A DNA stretch of 63,454 nucleotides, filler included, from Octopus bimaculoides (GCF_001194135.2; 5 parts of 4 records of this genome joined end to end with filler, not necessarily neighbours in it); one strand, 5' to 3'; shown: positions 1-10,959, counted from the first letter of the whole stretch. The notes: a model not told the origin generated them from the letters alone. Made by a program: numbers and translations.

Positions 1-93
1 TTTCGACTCCAACTTGCGTCTGTCCATAGGAGAGTCAGAAATCGAAAATTGTTAATGTTTTTTTTTTCTCCGCTAAGGGTCATTAAAGGCCAT

Positions 94-136
<43 letters not shown>

Positions 137-255
137 CAACCCGTTCAGATTTAAGCACATCGCCCACGGCTTTTCCCTTTTGTTTTTTAAATAATTGCTT
201 CGCAATCATTTTTCACGTTGCATGCTTATAGCACAAACACACTTCCCCACATATA

Positions 256-287
<32 letters not shown>

Positions 288-669
288 CACCGTCATACAC
301 ATATACATTCACACTTATAGACTTCCGTCATAAAAACACATCACACAACACACACACACATACACACTCACTTACTCACTCACTCACGTAAACGGATTCA
401 AACACATACGCCCTTCCATCAACAGATAGCTGGTTACATTGAGATGGATTTTTTGATTTCATTCTTTTCATCACTAAACTCTTCTCCTCTCCTTATCTCT
501 ATATGTATGTTTGTGTGTGGGGGGGGAGGTATGTATATATGTCTGTATGTATAAATATATATGTATGTGGTGTAGGTGTGTGTATATATCTATATCTATA
601 TCAATACACACATATATACACATACATATATAGACATATATATGATACAATATATACTATCTATCTATC

Positions 670-704
<35 letters not shown>

Positions 705-1969
705 CGTATATATATATGATATATACTATATATATATGTATATATATATATATATGCATATGTATATATATGTAAATATATATATGTATATATACATATA
801 TTATATCATGCATATGTATATATATACATATATATATAATATATATATATAATATATACTATATATGTATGTATATACATACATATGATATAGATATGTA
901 TATATATATATANNNNNNNNNNNNNNNNNNNNNNNNNNNNNNNNNNNNNNNNNNNNNNNNNNNNNNNNNNNNNNNNNNNNNNNNNNNNNNNNNNNNNNNN
1001 NNNNNNNNNNNNNNNNNNNNNNNNNNNNNNNNNNNNNNNNNNNNNNNNNNNNNNNNNNNNNNNNNNNNNNNNNNNNNNNNNNNNNNNNNNNNNNNNNNNN
1101 NNNNNNNNNNNNNNNNNNNNNNNNNNNNNNNNNNNNNNNNNNNNNNNNNNNNNNNNNNNNNNNNNNNNNNNNNNNNNNNNNNNNNNNNNNNNNNNNNNNN
1201 NNNNNNNNNNNNNNNNNNNNNNNNNNNNNNNNNNNNNNNNNNNNNNNNNNNNNNNNNNNNNNNNNNNNNNNNNNNNNNNNNNNNNNNNNNNNNNNNNNNN
1301 NNNNNNNNNNNNNNNNNNNNNNNNNNNNNNNNNNNNNNNNNNNNNNNNNNNNNNNNNNNNNNNNNNNNNNNNNNNNNNNNNNNNNNNNNNNNNNNNNNNN
1401 NNNNNNNNNNNNNNNNNNNNNNNNNNNNNNNNNNNNNNNNNNNNNATATATATATATATATGTATGTATGTATGTATATATAATATATAATATAATATAG
1501 ACATACATACATACAAACATACATATACATGATCAAAGTTTACACAAAACACTGTGTCATTAGCAAAGAACATAATAACCAGTGGAATGTCCCCTCAGTC
1601 ATACACAAAGTCACTCTATATTCTTATTGTCGCATTTGAATTGAATAACATGAATAAAATGAATGACGATGATGAGACACGAATAGTTTAGCTCTTGAAT
1701 ACAATTCACATCAAGAATGGTAATTATTCCTCTAATATTTTAATTTCCACATTATTATTATTTTTTTTTTTTACTTATTTAATTTCAATTCCTTCCATTT
1801 CATTTCGTCTCATTACATTTTAAAGCTTCGTTTTGCAATTCCTGTTTCAGGCTTTTCAATTCACATTTCACTTATCAGAGAAAAGGAATTTTAACTACTT
1901 ACGACTGTGGTTATTAAACTACAATGTTTTGAATAAAATTTTGGAATTGAATAAAAAAATAAAAAAATA

Positions 1970-2530
1970 GGTGCTACTTTGGCATGTGGTCTACAACTTA
2001 AAGGCTGATTACTTTAGTTTACTTTTCAATTTCTAAAAACACTTTAGCTAAATATATTTTTTACAGTAAATTCTTTGGTACATAATTAGCATTGCAAATG
2101 TATTTTTTCAAATGTATTCTTTTCAAAATTCTTACTGTTTTAATAATAATAAAAACATGTTTCATTTATGTCTTAGTAAATAAGAAGAAGAAACTAAGAA
2201 TAAGCAATATGATAATTAAAATAAGCACGTAGGCCACACAAGTTTGACAGCCGTGAGTTTTGCAACGTAAATTTGGCAAAATTTCACCGCTTTTCCCTTT
2301 TCTTCGAGCTTCCTTCATTTCTCTAGCACAATGATAACATGTTGCAACATTTCCTTCATCATCAAAAAGGCCATTTCTTCGTAAAGATGCAACTTGCTTC
2401 GTCTCGTCGCTGATCACATTATAAAAATCTTTAGCCAACATCTTAAGGGTTTTTAGAAATTGAAAAGTAAACTGAAAACTAACCTAAAGTAATCGCCCTT
2501 GAAGTTGTGATTACACGCCAAAGTAGCTCC
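1970..2530 (-). mobile_element. Non-autonomous Merlin (IS1595-like) DNA transposon derivative
   Basis: About 70-bp imperfect TIRs: 1970-2040 (GGTGCTACTTTGG...TTTCTAAAAAC) matches the reverse complement of 2449-2530. Both start with GG. 7-bp flanking match AAAAATA. Internal ORF has a CxxC...RCxxxxC zinc ribbon. Confidence 0.75.
2241..2441 (-). pseudogene. N-terminal fragment of Merlin-type transposase; DDE domain deleted
   Basis: MLAKDFYNVISDE..SLRRNGLF..TCYHCAREM..RCKTHGCQT resembles the Merlin/ISXO2 N-terminus (LxxxGL..CxxC..RC...C), then runs into AT-rich non-coding sequence. Confidence 0.65.
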
Positions 2531-4256
2531 AAAAATATATTCTACGAAGAAAGCAAATTGAAATTTATTTTAATTATAATCTGTAATTACAATTTGTAAT
2601 GAAATTTACTCCTCAAACATGGAGAAAGACAAATTGAACTTTTCCGCTGCTAACCTTAAAAGTCCGGCTGTTTTACAGGTCAAAAATCCCAGATTTAAAT
2701 ATAAACCAAATATTTTCATCCTGTTGGGCAACTTGCTAGATGTCTCGATCGNNNNNNNNNNNNNNNNNNNNNNNNNNNNNNNNNNNNNNNNNNNNNNNNN
2801 NNNNNNNNNNNNNNNNNNNNNNNNNNNNNNNNNNNNNNNNNNNNNNNNNNNNNNNNNNNNNNNNNNNNNNNNNNNNNNNNNNNNNNNNNNNNNNNNNNNN
2901 NNNNNNNNNNNNNNNNNNNNNNNNNNNNNNNNNNNNNNNNNNNNNNNNNNNNNNNNNNNNNNNNNNNNNNNNNNNNNNNNNNNNNNNNNNNNNNNNNNNN
3001 NNNNNNNNNNNNNNNNNNNNNNNNNNNNNNNNNNNNNNNNNNNNNNNNNNNNNNNNNNNNNNNNNNNNNNNNNNNNNNNNNNNNNNNNNNNNNNNNNNNN
3101 NNNNNNNNNNNNNNNNNNNNNNNNNNNNNNNNNNNNNNNNNNNNNNNNNNNNNNNNNNNNNNNNNNNNNNNNNNNNNNNNNNNNNNNNNNNNNNNNNNNN
3201 NNNNNNNNNNNNNNNNNNNNNNNNNNNNNNNNNNNNNNNNNNNNNNNNNNNNNNNNNNNNNNNNNNNNNNNNNNNNNNNNNNNNNNNNNNNNNNNNNNNN
3301 NNNNNNNNNNNNNNNNNNNNNNNNCTATACTGTAAGAAACAGTTTTCACACAATATGCTTGGCTGGAGGGATTGGTTTTACTACGCTGAGAATAGGTGTA
3401 GTAAGTGTAATATGAGGAACAAAGTGCGATTCACCTACTCCCGGTTCACCAGCTGTTATATGGACTGTTAGATATGTAATTCGTCTGACGTTCCGTGTGT
3501 CATGTGGTTCGTCTGAGTTCATTGTTTCATTGTTGTTGTCTTGTGGGACTGTCGTAGTAAAATGGCATTGATATATATATGGCGGACATGACTTTTGTTT
3601 ATTCATAACGAACATTGGGTGAGTGCGTTCTTTGTATGTAATTGAACAATAAATGTAATAATTAAATTGTATAACTCGTTATGTTATTTCTGCGAGTCAG
3701 TCCGAGGGAAACATAACACCAGCCCTCGCTGGTGTTACTTCCGCCCACTTAACATTACTCACTCCTCCTCCTCCGGTAGGACCCCTCAGCCCTTGACGTC
3801 ACTAACCCTTTCCTCCCGGTTCATCTCATCTTCACAATATGTTTATTGTGAAAAAGAGATTTCACAATTTTATGTCCCACTAAAAAAAAGACAAAAAAAT
3901 TTGGATCCCACACTCCACCACAATTTTCCCAGGCCCCACTGATCTAGATGATATTCGCCATATATTCAATAAGTTCATTTGCAGAAATAGTTCACATCAA
4001 TCATGCTGCATCCCATAATTTCAGTACACCCTGGTTTGGCTGGGATCGTGACAGGTACTACTACTACTACTCCAGGTTCAGAGTAGACCTGAAAACAATA
4101 GCTGAGGGCTGGTTCCACTCTTTGCAGGGACCTCAAAATAGAATCTTCTATTGTAATAGCTTTTTAACCAGAGGTTTCCAAAATTTATATAACTTACAGC
4201 CACATGAAGTCTAAGTTCAGTACTGCAAATCGCCGTCAATATAACAGTGATAGGTA

Positions 4257-4333
4257 AGGCGGCGGACTGGCAGAATCGTTAGCACGCCGGGCGATATGCT
4301 TAGCGGCATTTCAACCATTTTTACGCTCTGAGT
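4257..4333 (+). mobile_element. SINE family A, 5' fragment
   Basis: GGCGGCGGACTGGCAGAATCGTTAGCACGCCGGGCG matches the head of the other family A copies in the window. Confidence 0.85.
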
Positions 4334-4384
4334 GGCGGTAGGGTAGCAGTAAAGAAAGCCCTAAAGTTACGATCATTAATGTAG

Positions 4385-4735
4385 AAAATATGTTTATTTT
4401 GGGAAGTAAATGCTCAAATATGACAAGACCGCAAGAGAGGATGAAATTCACTTGATATAGTAAAAGCCTTTGAGAAGTATTCTTTGGCTGACTCTCATGT
4501 TTCAAGTGACTCGTAGACCACTGGTAAGATACCAAAGCAATGGCAATCCGGAGTGATAATCCCAATTTTTAAAAAGCGCTTAAAGAGTATTCCAGCCCTA
4601 GAGGAATTTCTTTGCTGAGCCTCACCGGCAAAGTTTACGCTATGAATCTGGAAAACAGATGTAACGAAATCCATTGTAAGGGTTACATACTTTGCATTGT
4701 TGTTATTGGATTAGCGAAACAATTTTGAGAACGGG
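4385..4735 (+). pseudogene. Decayed LINE reverse transcriptase fragment (RTE-like)
   Basis: Across frameshifts it reads EDEI..LWLTLMFQV / TGKIPKQWQSGVIIPIFKK / RGISLLSLTGKVYAMNLENRC, typical of non-LTR RT domain 0-1. Contains stops. Confidence 0.85.
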
Positions 4736-4848
4736 ACCAGGGGATAAGCCACCTTTTCCAGGAATTACTGGGTACGTCAGCTAGTATACACACACACACA
4801 CACACAACAATATATGTGTTATACGATCATATTATGTATCGATTTTTA

Positions 4849-5147
4849 CAGTTCTGTAAGTAATAATAATGATAATAGTATTTTATAAGTCTAGCGCTTA
4901 TAAGCGATCACCCTCAAATGACTAAAGAAAATAGTATAATATTGTGGTTTATAAGCCCTCGACGGAAAAAAGTAGGGTTTCTGTGCGCATGGGATTCGAA
5001 CCCAAAGCTCTTTGTTTTCGCAACGGAAACCCTACTTTTTTCCTTCGATGGCTTATATACCCCAATATTAGACTATTTTCTTTAGTCATTACACGGTGAT
5101 CGCTTATATGCGTGAAGTTTATAAAATACTAATATTATCATTTACAG

Positions 5148-5152
<5 letters not shown>
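4849..5152. mobile_element. Foldback MITE with Tc1/mariner-like ends
   Basis: Arms of about 140 bp (4849-4988 and 5019-5152) are reverse complements. Ends are TA|CAGTTCTGTAA and TTACAGAATTA|TA, consistent with a TA target duplication. Confidence 0.8.
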
Positions 5153-5187
<35 letters not shown>

Positions 5188-5287
5188 NNNNNNNNNNNNN
5201 NNNNNNNNNNNNNNNNNNNNNNNNNNNNNNNTTAATTAATTAANNNNNNNNNNNNNNNNNNNNNNNNNNNNNNNNNNNNNNNNNNNN

Positions 5288-5357
5288 CGAAAGGATGAAA
5301 GGCAAAGTAGACCTAGGTGGAATCCAAAATCAGAATGTAGAGACAGCCGAAGTACCG

Positions 5358-5360
<3 letters not shown>
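5288..5360 (-). mobile_element. SINE family A fragment
   Basis: GAAAGGATGAAAGGCAAAGT core shared with the other A copies; left side cut by a gap. Confidence 0.85.
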
Positions 5361-5405
<45 letters not shown>

Positions 5406-5933
5406 AAAATTTTAAATTAAAGGATTAAGGTATAGAAAGTAGGCGTTAAATGCATTATCCAAACCTTGTTTACGGGTAAGTTCCTGGTAGTATGCCTGCA
5501 GAAGTTGTAAAAATCTTATGTCATCTGAGGAGGCTCCTTTGCACTCTGCGTTGCATCCTGTGTTATTACATCGTTCCACGTCCACCAGAAAGTAGTGCAG
5601 AATGAAGCCAAAACGATTGTTGTGCCAATGAATGCTTCTAGTTACACTCCGTCTTCTATATTAAACTTTTAATACACACACATATTGAAAACTTGAAGTA
5701 TAATCGATTGACCTGGTTCCAGAACACATCTGGTTCTTTATTACCCATGCGGGCTAACACATCTGGTAAGCATTTTATCAAATTTGAAAGGATGAAAATC
5801 ATAATGGACTCGGCCCAGAACTAGCCGATTGGCGTGAAAAAGCGAAACATTAAAAGTCTTTACATTTTATGCCGTTCCACCATCTGGTGCTATCCATTTA
5901 ATAACACGTGACATTAATGTCTTAAATTAGGCA

Positions 5934-6075
5934 AGGCTGCGTGGTTTAGAAGTTCGTTTCCAGCCTCGTACTTTTGGGTTCAGTCCCACTACACGGAGTA
6001 TCAAGGGCAAGAGTCTTCTATTGTACCACTGGACCGACCAATGCCTTGCGAATGAATTTGGTGGACGCTAAGTTC
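5934..6075 (+). mobile_element. SINE family B, degenerate head
   Basis: GCTGCGTGGTTTAGAAG..GGGTTCAGTCCCACT..GGGCAAGAGTCTTCTA aligns with the reverse complement of 10380-10495. Confidence 0.75.
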
Positions 6076-6712
6076 ACTGTAGTCCTTTTGTCGGTTTTTA
6101 CTAAATAATACAAATCTTACCGCCGCAGACCATCACCATTTGGAGTCTGATATTATGTATGTGTGGTGGTTGTGGTGGTATGTGTATCAGTTTGGTTGTG
6201 GACATATTCTTATCACAAATAAGCTGCAAGTGTCTACCCAACATAATCCGGTGAACTGAAATTTGGAACCACATATTTTGTCCCACGGATGGTCGCAGAT
6301 CTACTCAGATGAGCTCAGAGTAAGACGCGAATTTAACAAGAAATTGTGAAGGCTTTTGCCAAGTTATTTATTGCCAATCTGCCCTAAAACTGGGGACAAA
6401 ATTTTATTCTGCTTAGGAAGTGTTTGAGCGTAGAACAACGATAAGCAACGACTAAATATAGGAACATCTATTTTTAACCGTCGACAACACAAGCCGCTTT
6501 AAGTGGCTGTGACTGAGAGGCATATAAATTCTTTTTAGCCCTGGAGAGGTCGATAGCTCACCACAGGTAAATCTTCAAGCTACACAGGTAAATCTTCAAG
6601 CTACACTTCAAATACGTGTGTAACGCAGTAAGGTGAAGTGAAACATAAGAAATTCGATCCTTTGTCCCACAGACTTGATTAAATCGCCGCCAGAGTGGCG
6701 ATATGAACTCAC

Positions 6713-6749
6713 TCCTCACAAACGTCCATGCCTCTTGTAATTCCTTCAT
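6713..6749 (-). CDS. Speculative first coding exon (MKELQEAWTFVR, phase 1) of an unidentified host gene
   Basis: CAGCAAAATGAAG start context, then 37 nt and a GTGAGT donor (6712-6707). Lies downstream of a GC/GA-rich promoter-like block. No homology recognised. Confidence 0.2.
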
Positions 6750-6826
6750 TTTGCTGTTTTGTCGGTCTGTCTGTTTGTCAAAAATTAATAAAAACGACTG
6801 ACATCTTGTTATCGCCCCACCCATCT

Positions 6827-6859
<33 letters not shown>

Positions 6860-6862
<3 letters not shown>

Positions 6863-7200
6863 GCCTCACCTAGTCCTCTCCCTCCTCATTTTCTCCCTCT
6901 GTCTCCCCCGTCAACGCAAACCCGCCCTCCTTCCTCACGAAAGGGAACTGAATCCGGTCACCTGCCCCCTACTCCTATCTTACTCACACAATATTATTCT
7001 ACCCCCCCCCACCTTACACACCGCCTTACATACACTTCAATTAGTTAGGGCATGGAAACTTAATTGCTAATTATTATCACAGATGATTAATTGAATAATT
7101 TTGGCTCCACCCCGCTCGCCTCCAGCCGCCTGTGTCCTTTCCCCCCTCCGTATCAGCAAGGTGCCACCGTTTGAATATTGTAACACCCCCGGTTGACTTT
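6860..7200. promoter_or_regulatory. GC-rich unique promoter/enhancer-like segment
   Basis: Locally high GC and CpG, GC-box-like CCGCCC/CCACCCC, a (CT)n tract, and a dense TAAT/ATTA cluster at 7040-7102. Does not match the window's repeats. Confidence 0.35.
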
Positions 7201-7654
7201 AGGGCTTAGTATAGGTGGGGGTGGGTGATGGTAGGGAGAGTGATGTTGAGGGGTATTTGCAGCGGTGGTGTAAGTGGTGCGGGTGGGGTGGGTGGTGGTG
7301 AGGGAAAAGTAGCGGATTGTGGGTGGAGATAACGATAACCGCGGGTTGTGAAGTGGAGCAGGGGGTGGGGACCAAAGGTGGTAGTGAAAGTGGTGAAGGC
7401 ATAGGTGGTGGTGGTCGTCGTCGTGGTAGTGGTGGGTAATGACCTGGGTGGTGGCGGGGAGAGTGGTAACAATGGTGGTTTGAGACCGAGTTGATGGTGG
7501 TGATTGTGTTGGTGCTGTGGTGATGATTACAAGGTTTGTGGTAGTGTGGGTGATAGTAGTGGATTCGGTCGTGGTGATGCTGATGATAATGGTGATGGTG
7601 GTGGTGATTGTGTTACGTTATTGCTGTTATTGTTGTTGTTGTTGTTGTCGTTTA

Positions 7655-8160
7655 GCTCTCCAGTCAACTGTGATCAAACAGACCTATGATCAAAAGGCTT
7701 CCCAGCGTGCCCACTCCATCGGTTTTGTTTTACTAACACATCGTATCTAGAACCACCATTATCCATTGTCTGCCTTCCTTTGCTTTTAAAAAGGGTATGA
7801 TCTGGTGGAAATGTAGCTGCTATTTTTAGCAGGACAAGCAACCGATGTTTAGCCTTTGGACAGAGATGATGAATCGGGTGTCCAACCGTGACCAATCTGT
7901 CTGCCCTTTTCCTATGTACGGTGAAACTACAACTACAATATCCAGCACAGCCTTTACAAAGTGTTTAGGGTGTGATTTGAGGAAGATTTAGTTGCTATTT
8001 CTCTTGGGCGGTGTGACCACATAGACGGCCGCCCCTGTACTGATACTAATTGCCTACCTTTAACACCTGTGATCAAGTGCATTGGTGGTTGTTTGTGTAG
8101 CTTTAATTCCGCACTCAATGAACAACCGATGATCAAGGCCATGCCAACCACGACCATCTC
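7655..8160 (-). mobile_element. Repeat family F: two adjacent degenerate pieces; (AAC)n tail on the minus strand
   Basis: Blocks GTTTAGC..CAGGTCAAC..TGATCAAAG..TTCCA and GGGTGTGATTTGA..GCTGCTATTT.TAGCAGG recur at 16.6, 42.7 and 48.6 kb. Confidence 0.65.
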
Positions 8161-8276
8161 GTTAGCATATTGAATATCATCCGAATCTATGGCACCATCT
8201 TTTATCTGTCCTTACCATTGTGGATCATTCTTATCTCTCTTCTATGATCATTATGTAATGATGCACGATGATAGAA

Positions 8277-8702
8277 GGCTGCGAGTTCGAATTCGTCTGA
8301 GGTGGAATTTGCCTTTCACCCTTTCGGGGTCGATGAAATAAGTCCCTGGGGGCGATTTAATCGACTTATCCCGATCTTAAAATTGCTGGCCTTGTGCCAA
8401 AATTTGAAATCCATTATCTAAGGATACACAATGACAATCGTTAACATGCCGGACAAAATGCTTAGCGGTATTTCGTCCGACTTTACGTTTTGAGTTTGAA
8501 TGCCATCGAGGTCGACTTTGCCCTTCATCCTTTCGGAGTCGCTAAATTAAGTACCAGTGGTACACTGGGGTCGATGCAATCGACTAATCCTAGACCCACC
8601 CCACCCCACCGCGTCGGACAAAATTCTTAGCAGCGTATCATCCGCCTTAACATTCCGAGTTTAAATGCCATCAAAGTGGACTTTGCTTTCAACGTTTCGG
8701 GG
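8277..8702 (+). mobile_element. Three consecutive partial SINE A copies
   Basis: The core GACTTTGCCTTTCATCCTTTCGGGGTCGA occurs three times, degenerate (about 8277-8425, 8437-8590, 8611-8702). Confidence 0.85.
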
Positions 8703-8746
8703 TTTTATTCGTTACACCACCACAACAATCATCATCGTCATCATCG

Positions 8747-8777
<31 letters not shown>

Positions 8778-9133
8778 TTGTACGTAGGTTATACGACAGT
8801 CCGTTTAGTCGTGTATATCCCTTCCGATAGATGACAATGACGATGAAGGTGGTGGTGGTGGTGTGTGTGTGTGTGTGTGTGTGTGTAGGAGTGAATAATG
8901 GTGGTAATGTCTGTGTCACATCACTGGAATTGTTTCACAACAGTTGTGTCAGATTGAATCACTGCTACGCATTGCTACTATACACATATATTTCTGCACA
9001 TATATATATATATATATGTATATGTGTGTGTGTATGTGTGCATGTATATGTGTGTGTCTCTATATGCATATATATTTGTATATGTGTATGTATATACATA
9101 TGTGTGTGCATATTTATATAGATAGATATATGC

Positions 9134-9164
<31 letters not shown>

Positions 9165-9201
9165 CCTGTACATACATATATATTTACATATATATGTATG
9201 A

Positions 9202-9241
<40 letters not shown>

Positions 9242-9809
9242 GTGTCTCCCATCGCATCTTCTCTCCCTCCCCCCGTGTTTTTCCTTCCCTCTTTCTTGAA
9301 GCACACATTGTCAGCTTTCGAAATGTCAGTAGTTTATTTCAAATTCCTATGAATTCCCGGACAAAAAAACAAAACAAAAAAAAACACACACATACACACA
9401 CAAACAAACAAAAAACTCCACGAGAACCAGAAACAAAACCAATAAAACTCTAAACCGATTATCCTTTTCCTCCAATTTCTCTTCCAAACTATTTATGCCT
9501 TCCTCTCATTCTTCCTTTCTTTCTCTCCATCTCTTTCCTTTTCTCTTCTTTGTTTCTCTGTTGTTTTCCTTTATTTTCTTATTTATTTATTTGTTTACAT
9601 ATTCGTTTATTTGCTTTTTTTCTTTCTATTTCTATTTTAATCTCTTCACTATTTGAATTTCGTTTTCGATCTCATTATTTTCCTACCGTTTACATTCTGT
9701 TTTATTTCCGTTTCTAAAACTTTATACGTGCATACATACATACATACATACATACATGCACACACATACATGTGCATGTGTGCGTATATATATATATATA
9801 CATATAGTC

Positions 9810-9852
<43 letters not shown>

Positions 9853-10080
9853 TACATATACACATATACCCATATATGTATACATATAACTATATATATA
9901 TATANNNNNNNNNNNNNNNNNNNNNNNNNNNNNNNNNNNNNNNNNNNNNNNNNNNNNNNNNNNNNNNNNNNNNNNNNNNNNNNNNNNNNNNNNNNNNNNN
10001 NNNNNNNNNNNNNNNNNNNNNNNNNNNNNNNNNNNNNNNNNNNNNNNNNNNNNNNNNNNNNNNNNNNNNNNNNNNNNNAT

Positions 10081-10497
10081 ACTCTCTTTTTCTCTTTCTC
10101 TTTTACTTGTGTCAGTCTTTTAACTGTGGCCATGCTGGAGCACCGCCTTTAGTCGAGCAAATCAACCCCAGGACTTATTCTTTGGAAGCCTAGTACTTAT
10201 TCTATCGGTCTCTTTTGCCGAACCGCTAAGTTACGGGGACATAAACACACCAGCATCGGTTGTCAAGCGATGTTGGGGGGACAAACACAGACACACAAAC
10301 ACATACACACATACAAATATATATACATATATACGACAGGCTTCTTTCAGTTTCCGTCTACCAAATCCACTCACAAGGCTTTGGTCGGCCCGAGGCTATA
10401 GTAGAAGACACTTGCCCAAAATGCCACGCAGTGGGACTGAACCCGGGACCATGTGGCTGGTAAGTAAGCTACTTACCACACAGCCATTTCTACGCCT
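10081..10497 (-). mobile_element. SINE family B, full length (tRNA head plus CORE-like domain)
   Basis: Minus strand has an A-box-like TGGCTGTGTGGTAAG, B-box GGTTCAGTCCC, CORE-like GGCATTTTGGGCAAGTGTC, an internal (TG/TA) tract, and tail GGTGCTCCAGCATGGCC..GACTGA. Confidence 0.9.
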
Positions 10498-10539
10498 ATG
10501 TTAATAATTATGTTAATAATAATAATGGTAAAGCTTATA

Positions 10540-10586
<47 letters not shown>

Positions 10587-10618
10587 CGACGACCACGAGG
10601 ATGATGATGATGATGATG

Positions 10619-10686
<68 letters not shown>

Positions 10687-10959
10687 GCAGTGACAAAGAC
10701 AGGCAGTCAAAGTTAGGAAGATGGCAAAAACAAAAACAAGACTGAAAATACTAAAACAAAGAAAAGAACAAAGAAAAAAAAATGGTGAAGGGAGAAAAAG
10801 GCGGGGTTTTTGGGTAGGCACGGGGTGTCTGGTTTAGCGGGGATTTTGGGTAGGCACGGGGTTTAGCAGAGACTGCTTTGGTCTACCCGAGTGGAGAGCT
10901 TTATATGCATGGCTGTGTGTGTTTATTATTATTTTTTTTTTAATAAATACGCAGTGAAT

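Noticed and set aside
801-1573. Long ORFs made of X and YI/HT/CV runs here and at most gaps (e.g. 18424-19538, 59332-60840)
   Set aside because: Translations of N runs and dinucleotide microsatellites.
5232-5243. TTAATTAATTAA island inside N runs, repeated at 12926-12937, 33903-33914 and 54230-54241
   Set aside because: Identical 12-mer centred in about 100-nt gaps. This is an artificial six-frame-stop scaffolding linker, not biology.
5446-5460. TAAATGCATTATC resembling the 5' part of miR-277
   Set aside because: The match stops after about 13 nt and there is no hairpin.
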